A DNA stretch of 64,000 nucleotides, from positions 7,506 to 71,505 of the forward strand of contig VFFS01000089.1 of assembly GCA_009392815.1 (NCBI GenBank). Direction: 5' to 3'. Position numbers and translations under genes: made by a program. The notes beneath the pieces were generated by a model. The model was given only the letters and a program-made list of their open reading frames with translations. It did not search any database and was not told the origin of the DNA. Shown in pieces: positions 58,031 through 64,000 of this stretch (positions are counted from its first letter, which is position 1; each line of letters opens with the position of its first letter). The DNA comes from SAR202 cluster bacterium. GTDB lineage: Bacteria; Chloroflexota; Dehalococcoidia; Lucifugimonadales; UBA826.

Positions 58031-59686
58031 ATGACAGGTGCAGACTTAGTTGCAAAAATACTTAAATCTGAGGGAGTGGACTTTATGGGAGTCATCCCTT
58101 TCAACGGTTTGGAGGAAGCCGGAGCAAAGGCTGGGATAAGACCGCTAATATTTCGGCAGGAGCGCGTGGGTGTGAATTTAGCTGACGGCTACAGCCGCAT
58201 TACAAATGGACAAAAAACTGGAGTATTTGCCATGCAGGCGGGACCTGGTGCGGAAAACGCATTCGCGGGAGTTGCGACTGCCTATGCAGACTCCGTACCA
58301 ATACTATTGCTTCCTGCTTCTAATCCTAGATCTAGGCATGGCGTTCATCCAACGTTTAGACCGTCAGACACCTACAACACTGTAACAAAATGGTCATCTT
58401 CAGTCCCAACTATTTCCGAAATTCCTGCAATGCTTAGAAGAGCCTTTACCCAACTGAGAACCGGGCGACCTGGACCGGTATTAGTTGAACTACCCAGCGA
58501 TATCCTTAGGGCCGAGTTATCTGACGATATCCCCACAAACTACTCTGCCGTCCGAGGAACAAGATCATTAGGAGACTTCCAGGACATAAAGCTCGCGGCA
58601 AAGATGCTTCTCGGGGCCCAAAGACCCATCATTCAAGCAGGGCAGGGTGTTCTATATGCGGGAGGGTCTACAAGTGTGAAACTTCAAAAATTAGCTGAGC
58701 TTACTGGAGTGCCAGTAATGACATCTATGGCAGGTAAGAGTGCATTTCCGGAAACCCATCCCTTATCACTGGGAACGAGAAGCAGCTCAACCACAGATAT
58801 GGTCGTGCATTTCCTAGATAAATGTGACCTTATTTTTGGAATTGGAACAAGTTTCACTAGAATTCACCATGGAATGGATAAATTTGACGATAAAACGCTT
58901 GTGCAAATCACTAACTGTTCTGATGACTTAAACAAAGACTATGACATTGACCACGCCGTTCTTGGAGATGCAGAACTCATTCTTGATTCACTAATACTCG
59001 AAATCGAAGAACTTCTTGACTCAAAATCGGGAACACAAAAGTTTGAGTTTACTAATGAAATTAATGAAGTTAGACGGGATTGGATAAAGGAGTGGAGCCC
59101 TTTATTAGAGTCTAGCGAAACTCCAATTAACCCTTACAGAGTAATTCATGAACTATCTCTAAACACTGATCCCAGACAAACCATCGTTACCCATGACTCT
59201 GGGAGCCCGAGAGATCAGATCATCCCATTTTACAAAGCCGTAAATCCAAATGGATTCATCGCCTGGGGAAAATCAACCCAACTCGGGTACAGTCTAGGGT
59301 TAGCAATGGGAGCTCGAATGGCAGAGCCATCAAAACTTTGTGTAAACCTGATAGGAGATTATGGATTTGGAATGGTAGGTTTGGATGTTGAAACATGCGT
59401 CCGAGAGGATATTCCTATACTAACAATCATCCTTAACAATTCAGCCATGGGAATATATAGGCCTCATAATTTCCCGACTGCAAACGATCTTTACGGGACA
59501 AAGTACACCGATGGAAATTATGCTCAGGTAGCAGAAGCCATGGGTTGCTATAACGAACGCATAGATAACCCTGATATGGTAGGGCCTGCTATACAGAGAT
59601 GCGCGAATGTAGTGGGCAGTGGTAAACCAGCTGTCTTGGAAGTTATGACTAAAGAAGAGCCAGACATGCCGCACCGAATATTTTGA
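58031..59686 (+). CDS. ThDP-dependent enzyme of the acetolactate synthase / benzoylformate decarboxylase / IolD superfamily
   Basis: Catalytic Glu region FRQERVGVNLADGYSRITNG and ThDP motif GDYGFGM..x24..ILNNSAMG. ATG 58031 has GGAG 7 nt upstream; the ORF track begins at TTG 58019. Confidence 0.88.
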   Translation: MTGADLVAKILKSEGVDFMGVIPFNGLEEAGAKAGIRPLIFRQERVGVNLADGYSRITNGQKTGVFAMQAGPGAENAFAGVATAYADSVPILLLPASNPRSRHGVHPTFRPSDTYNTVTKWSSSVPTISEIPAMLRRAFTQLRTGRPGPVLVELPSDILRAELSDDIPTNYSAVRGTRSLGDFQDIKLAAKMLLGAQRPIIQAGQGVLYAGGSTSVKLQKLAELTGVPVMTSMAGKSAFPETHPLSLGTRSSSTTDMVVHFLDKCDLIFGIGTSFTRIHHGMDKFDDKTLVQITNCSDDLNKDYDIDHAVLGDAELILDSLILEIEELLDSKSGTQKFEFTNEINEVRRDWIKEWSPLLESSETPINPYRVIHELSLNTDPRQTIVTHDSGSPRDQIIPFYKAVNPNGFIAWGKSTQLGYSLGLAMGARMAEPSKLCVNLIGDYGFGMVGLDVETCVREDIPILTIILNNSAMGIYRPHNFPTANDLYGTKYTDGNYAQVAEAMGCYNERIDNPDMVGPAIQRCANVVGSGKPAVLEVMTKEEPDMPHRIF

Positions 59687-59710
59687 TCCAAAAAAATTAG
59701 GAAAATTTTT

Positions 59711-60478
59711 ATGCCATACGAGCCATTTGATCTTTCAGGTAAAACTGCTCTGATAACAGGCGGCAACAGTGGAATAGGCCTTGGGATGGCAACAGCGCTT
59801 GCCGACGCTGGAGCGGCTGTTTGCATCTGGGGAACTAATCCCAGCAAAAATGAGTCTGCCCTTTCCGAGTTGCAGAAGAGATCCGACAACGTCCACGCAA
59901 TACTTTGCGATGTATCTAATGAGTCTGCTGTTAATGAGGCCTTTGCCCAAACAGTTAATTTACTTGGAAAGGTTGATGCCTGCTTTGCTAATGCAGGAGC
60001 CGGAGGAGCGGCACCTTTTCAGGAATTTCCTACTGACATATGGAAACGAGTTTTATCAATAAATTTGGATGGAACTTTTTACACTTTTCGGGCAGCCACG
60101 AAACATATGATTGAGAGGGGAGAAGGGGGCCGTTTAATAGGAACTTCAAGCACCTCCGCAATACATGGTGCGGCCCGCAACGAAGCATATGCGGCAGCCA
60201 AAGGAGCGATGCTTGCGATGATTCGAGGTCTTGCTGTGGAGATGGCACGCTATGGAATCACAGCAAACTCCATTATTCCGGGATGGGTAGAGACAGCAAT
60301 GACCTCCGCCCGAGTCGGGGACGATAAATTTGAAGATAGAGTTATGAAGAGAGTCCCTGTCAGACGATGGGGCCAGCCTGAAGACTTCGGAGGGCTTGCC
60401 GTATATCTTGCAAGCGACAGTTCCTCCTATCAAACCGGCGAAGATTTTATAGTTGACGGGGGCTATACAAGGTTCTAA
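59711..60478 (+). CDS. SDR-family oxidoreductase, KduD / 2-keto-3-deoxy-sugar-acid dehydrogenase-like
   Basis: 255 aa. FDLSGKTALITGGNSGIGLGMA, NAGA, YAAAKGAM, PGWVET. Confidence 0.87.
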   Translation: MPYEPFDLSGKTALITGGNSGIGLGMATALADAGAAVCIWGTNPSKNESALSELQKRSDNVHAILCDVSNESAVNEAFAQTVNLLGKVDACFANAGAGGAAPFQEFPTDIWKRVLSINLDGTFYTFRAATKHMIERGEGGRLIGTSSTSAIHGAARNEAYAAAKGAMLAMIRGLAVEMARYGITANSIIPGWVETAMTSARVGDDKFEDRVMKRVPVRRWGQPEDFGGLAVYLASDSSSYQTGEDFIVDGGYTRF

Positions 60479-61428
60479 AAAGTAACGATAGGATTGACCG
60501 GAGAACCTGTACCGCCGTTGATAACAAGAGGAGCAATGGTGATATGGAAGTCGTATCTACCGTTTCTTTTGCATGCCTCGGCAAGATCATCAAAATTAGC
60601 GTTGTCGAGCAATGGCATACCCATGTGAGGGATTGCCACTTCATGAACTGCAATACGCGCTGGGTATTCCTCGGATCTAAATCCTGTCTCTTGGAGATCC
60701 CATCCGAGAATTGCTGCATTGGTGTCATATAAAAATTCTAGGATAGAGGGAGCGTTCCCCGGAGTTTTAGGAGGCGAGGTAATCTCATAGTCTGGATTCG
60801 CAGCCCAAAATGCCGAATAACCTGACCGAATCAAAACTGCGTCACCTTTACGAGGTGTAACGCCAACTTGATCAGCCCAATCTTGTAGATCCCATCCTTC
60901 CACTGGTTGTTCGTATTCGACAAAATCCGTACCCCTTAGCTCTGGGATGTCATACAGAACACCTCTGGTAACAATGCCAGTCTTCCAATTGTCCACAGAG
61001 TGGGATTTTGCTCCCGTGTCTGTAATGACTGACGGGTCAACACCGTTATAGAGTTTCCCTCCGTCCTCAATAGAATCAGTAAAAAAATGACAAAGACTGT
61101 CAATATGGGTATTAACATAACCGTGATAGTAAACACCTATATAATCCCCCGACCCCGTTTGGCTAACGGACATCACATGATCTGCCGGCCTCGGGTTTCT
61201 CTTGGGATTCGGGACCACATTTTCAGTACCTATTGGATTGGAGCATGAAACAGTCTCTCCGGTTTCAATTAACTTTACGGCACTAAGCACAGTAGAATTA
61301 TCAATATGATTGAGTGTGCCAGACTGATCAGAATCTCCCCAACGTCCCCAGTTATTAAAGCGGCTCTTGTATTCCAAATATTCTGTTGCTGTAGTCGGTC
61401 TTCGGTCTGATAATCCCATCAATTTCAC
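60475..61428 (-). CDS. Cyclase-family (kynurenine-formamidase-like, PF04199) metal hydrolase
   Basis: 317 aa. HGYVNTHIDSLCHF resembles the HxGTHxDxPxH metal motif, with a downstream D..E acidic pair. Confidence 0.72.
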   Translation of the reverse strand: MKLMGLSDRRPTTATEYLEYKSRFNNWGRWGDSDQSGTLNHIDNSTVLSAVKLIETGETVSCSNPIGTENVVPNPKRNPRPADHVMSVSQTGSGDYIGVYYHGYVNTHIDSLCHFFTDSIEDGGKLYNGVDPSVITDTGAKSHSVDNWKTGIVTRGVLYDIPELRGTDFVEYEQPVEGWDLQDWADQVGVTPRKGDAVLIRSGYSAFWAANPDYEITSPPKTPGNAPSILEFLYDTNAAILGWDLQETGFRSEEYPARIAVHEVAIPHMGMPLLDNANFDDLAEACKRNGRYDFHITIAPLVINGGTGSPVNPIVTF

Positions 61429-61565
61429 CTCTATTAACAGATAGTTGCCGCTATGTTACACCCCAAAATCCCATTTCCATCCCAAAAAAGCTTAAATTTA
61501 CGAAAACCCTTCCGAATTTGTTACCATCCCATGTGTTCATATTAAAAAAACTATGAGGTGCGTCA

Positions 61566-62933
61566 ATGATCGATCTATTTTCAGTAGCTAGGACAGAGGC
61601 AGATGGCGGTGACTTGTTTGGCAAGCTGTCTGAGTTATTTGAACCTTCTGACATAAAGCCCGACGGATATCCGGACGCTATAGTCTGGCAAGGGGGAAAC
61701 CACAGCACTGACGTGAATCCTGTGGCTCACTCTCTTACCGATGCCTACGCCCTTTTGGGCACAATAGCCGCCACGGACATATTGGGCCTCCCGTTTTACG
61801 GCGTTCCAATGTGGTCACAGTATCGTCATGATTCCGAACTCGAGGCGCTTAGCTGGTTTGGTAATATGCCTTGTACTTCAATTAAATGGTCAACAGCTGG
61901 GGATGCGTATGTTAACGACGGAAATGGCAACAAAGTAGTTGTTATGGGGAAATCGGGTAATGCCCCCCTAAGAACCCAGGCGGGCGTTTATTGCAACGTT
62001 AGACCATACGGACCTATCACAGTGGTCAGATGCATGCCTTGTCTACCGTATTCCCAAAACAAAAATGTATTTGGTATAGATGCAAAGGGTATTGTTCATT
62101 CAGAAATGAATACTCCAGCCGTGCAAATGGCATATGCAAATAGACTTTTTCTCAAAATGGTTCATGAAACGGGTCGCATCGGACGCGTGGCGATGAAACC
62201 TACACAAGCCATGGAAGATGGAATAAACGCGGGACTACATTCCTGGCTACTACAAGGGACGAAGTTTGAAGTGGGTAGAAAATATGCAGTAGACCCATAT
62301 GAAGAGCACAAAGAGACTATTGATCAAATAGCCAAACTTCTTCCAGATGACTTCAGGGATGGAATGGAAAACTGGGGGGGAAGAATCGAACAGCATATTT
62401 CTGATACAAACTATGGGCTTCTTATGTGGGACCTTATAGAACAACAGGAAACTATCGTGTTAGCCACAGACCTTGACGGTGACCGACTCACAGACCTGCT
62501 AGCCGACATATCCGATCCCCTCAGAACCTTCGGTGGCATGGTCGCCAAACACTTAGGTCAAGAAGTAGACATGAGGAAAATTTGGGGAGACATGGGCTAT
62601 ACGACAGGAAATGGCCGGGATATGACCTCGGTTATGCACAGAATGGACGGACCTCCTATTCATGAACAAACACTGGGCTCTGCTGACGCTATGTTACTCC
62701 GCCTACTTGATGGGGATGAATGGATGGCTGGAACGAAACAGCCATATGATCCAAGAATTCATTTTGTTCTAATACGGGATGCATACCTTGATGCGAATCC
62801 GGGAAACACAGAGCTTGAAGAATGGCTAGATAACGCTTTGGATGTATTTGATGAGGTTTATAGTGGAGATCGTCCTGGATTCCTGGATGGATATAAATCA
62901 CTAAAAGAAGCCATAACACCCTGGGGCAAATAG
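61566..62933 (+). CDS. Hypothetical protein, no recognisable family (455 aa)
   Basis: Long uninterrupted ORF with protein-like composition, no TM or signal sequence, and no motif I can assign. Divergent from the cyclase gene. Confidence 0.6.
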   Translation: MIDLFSVARTEADGGDLFGKLSELFEPSDIKPDGYPDAIVWQGGNHSTDVNPVAHSLTDAYALLGTIAATDILGLPFYGVPMWSQYRHDSELEALSWFGNMPCTSIKWSTAGDAYVNDGNGNKVVVMGKSGNAPLRTQAGVYCNVRPYGPITVVRCMPCLPYSQNKNVFGIDAKGIVHSEMNTPAVQMAYANRLFLKMVHETGRIGRVAMKPTQAMEDGINAGLHSWLLQGTKFEVGRKYAVDPYEEHKETIDQIAKLLPDDFRDGMENWGGRIEQHISDTNYGLLMWDLIEQQETIVLATDLDGDRLTDLLADISDPLRTFGGMVAKHLGQEVDMRKIWGDMGYTTGNGRDMTSVMHRMDGPPIHEQTLGSADAMLLRLLDGDEWMAGTKQPYDPRIHFVLIRDAYLDANPGNTELEEWLDNALDVFDEVYSGDRPGFLDGYKSLKEAITPWGK

Positions 62934-62951
62934 TATAAGCTTTCGCATTAC

Positions 62952-62995
62952 GGCTACATTTAACGGACAGTAAATATTGCCCTTTAAATGTAGCC
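62952..62995. repeat. Perfect 12-bp inverted repeat (GGCTACATTTAA / TTAAATGTAGCC) with 20-nt spacer
   Basis: Read directly at 62952-62963 and 62984-62995, in the 108-nt gap between convergent genes. No flanking T-tract. Confidence 0.7.
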
Positions 62996-63041
62996 ACCTA
63001 GGCAACCTTCACCCCCTACATCTGGCTCATCATTAGTGTTA

Positions 63042-63431
63042 CTACTCTCGCGAAATTACTGCTACAGCATCAATCTCAATCAATAAAGTGGGACCATCGA
63101 GACCAGCGACTTGGACTCTAGTACTGGCTGGAAGATCATCTCCAAAAAATTCCAATCTAACTCTTTGAGTCTCAGCCTTTGCTTCCTGTGATAAGTCTGT
63201 GACATAACTCGTGATCTTTACGATGTCTGAAAGAGAACCTCCTTCAGACTCCACTATTTTCTTCATACGATCCAAGATCACCCTGGTTTGATCTCCCATT
63301 GATCCATTCTCAGCGGAGGTCATTTTGGCAGTAGCACCCGCAAGAAAAAGCAGATCTCCAGCCCTCACCGCGTGGAAATGAGGAGATCCAGTTTTTGGTA
63401 TTCCCTCATAATTTCTACGTTCAATATCCAT
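63042..63431 (-). CDS. RidA/YjgF-family reactive-intermediate deaminase-like protein
   Basis: 129 aa. Pattern ..FHAVRAGDLLFLAG..DIVKITSYV..PASTRVQVAGL..IEIDAVA typical of the Rid family. Confidence 0.85.
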   Translation of the reverse strand: MDIERRNYEGIPKTGSPHFHAVRAGDLLFLAGATAKMTSAENGSMGDQTRVILDRMKKIVESEGGSLSDIVKITSYVTDLSQEAKAETQRVRLEFFGDDLPASTRVQVAGLDGPTLLIEIDAVAVISRE

Positions 63432-63433
63432 AT

Positions 63434-64000
63434 TTACTCTCCCGTATCGATCGAGCCTCTATATTCCGGCCCTCCAGCAGCGACGTATCCATTACTTTTC
63501 CCAGACTGGCTTTGACTTACCCAAAACGAATAAATCTCTCCATTTACCAAATGCATTTTAAATTTGACTTGTTTGCCCCTTAGTGTGGACATGTCACTGG
63601 TTTCCTTCCAACTAACTAATTGCTTAGTTGAGTCAACTGAAATCGGAAAGCAATTATCTTGAATGAATGGGCTAATCGGATTATTTTCGGAATCAAGAAT
63701 TTCCACTTTAAGTTGACCAGCCGAGGTATCACAGTTCACAAAAAGGCTATTTCCACTAAAATTTACGGCCTTTGTGGTCAATGCACCGCCGGTACTTCCC
63801 GCGGTAAGAGAGGCGAATCCATCCCTTCTTAAAACAGCCAATCCTGTAGAACCTCCAGCATACATAGCGTTCGCTCTAGAGTGCTGTCCCATCGATCCGC
63901 CTTTAAGATTAGGGGATTCCCCAGACCAAGCCCCGTAGTAAAAAAACAATTCATCTCCGACAACTAGACAGACACCGCCTGCGGCATGGATATATGCCCT
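63434..64000 (-). CDS. C-terminal part of a glycoside-hydrolase-like beta-propeller/beta-sandwich protein (5' end outside window)
   Basis: The frame stays open upstream of the ORF-track TTG to the window edge (..RAYIHAAGGVCLVVGDELFFYYGAWSGES..). The C-terminal GQLKVEILD..VSWKE..LRGKQVKFKMHLVNGEIYSFWV resembles the beta-sandwich tail of GH32/GH43-like proteins. Tentative. Confidence 0.5.
   Translation of the reverse strand, partial: RAYIHAAGGVCLVVGDELFFYYGAWSGESPNLKGGSMGQHSRANAMYAGGSTGLAVLRRDGFASLTAGSTGGALTTKAVNFSGNSLFVNCDTSAGQLKVEILDSENNPISPFIQDNCFPISVDSTKQLVSWKETSDMSTLRGKQVKFKMHLVNGEIYSFWVSQSQSGKSNGYVAAGGPEYRGSIDTGE

Noticed and set aside
1-64000. Search for CRISPR arrays, IS elements or transposases, integrases, phage genes, rRNA, toxin-antitoxin or known defence-system genes
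   Set aside because: No direct-repeat/spacer periodicity, terminal inverted repeats with a transposase ORF, recombinase motifs or defence-type domain combinations were seen. The only tRNA has no adjacent integrase.

Overview
Gene-dense bacterial chromosome segment using the standard genetic code: about 57 CDS, one tRNA-Glu and one TPP riboswitch. I saw no rRNA, CRISPR array, transposase, integrase or phage genes. The backbone is housekeeping: pheST, leuS, valS, secA, prs, argH, argC, rpe, tsaD, leuB, thiG-thiE-thiS, moeA, folB and glpK. There is a DNA-repair set: an exonuclease-fused DinG translationally coupled to an OGG1-type glycosylase, plus an Nth-like glycosylase. Catabolic and accessory-looking enzyme genes are interspersed among these. 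They include a tandem pair of DSD1-like PLP proteins, an over-long transketolase-family protein and an amidase with a small upstream RHH-like ORF. They also include an NHL propeller, a YjhG/YagF-type dehydratase, an enolase-superfamily dehydratase, a CitE-like lyase and an Ldh_2 oxidoreductase. The most system-like element is a tight five-gene operon at 56.0-60.5 kb: RhaM-like mutarotase, SDR, cog3618-type lactonase, ThDP enzyme, KduD-like SDR. It resembles a non-phosphorylative deoxy-sugar oxidation route, but a ThDP enzyme sits where an aldolase or FAH hydrolase is expected. Next to it lie a cyclase-family hydrolase and a 455-aa protein I cannot place in any family. Intergenic space is minimal, and convergent genes end 1 nt apart or share stop-codon bases. 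The combination of cofE (F420), exo-DinG, a paralogue-rich enzyme repertoire and compaction suggests a streamlined marine Chloroflexota (SAR202-like) genome. That taxonomic call is inference only. All functional calls rest on motifs read from the translations; no database search was run.
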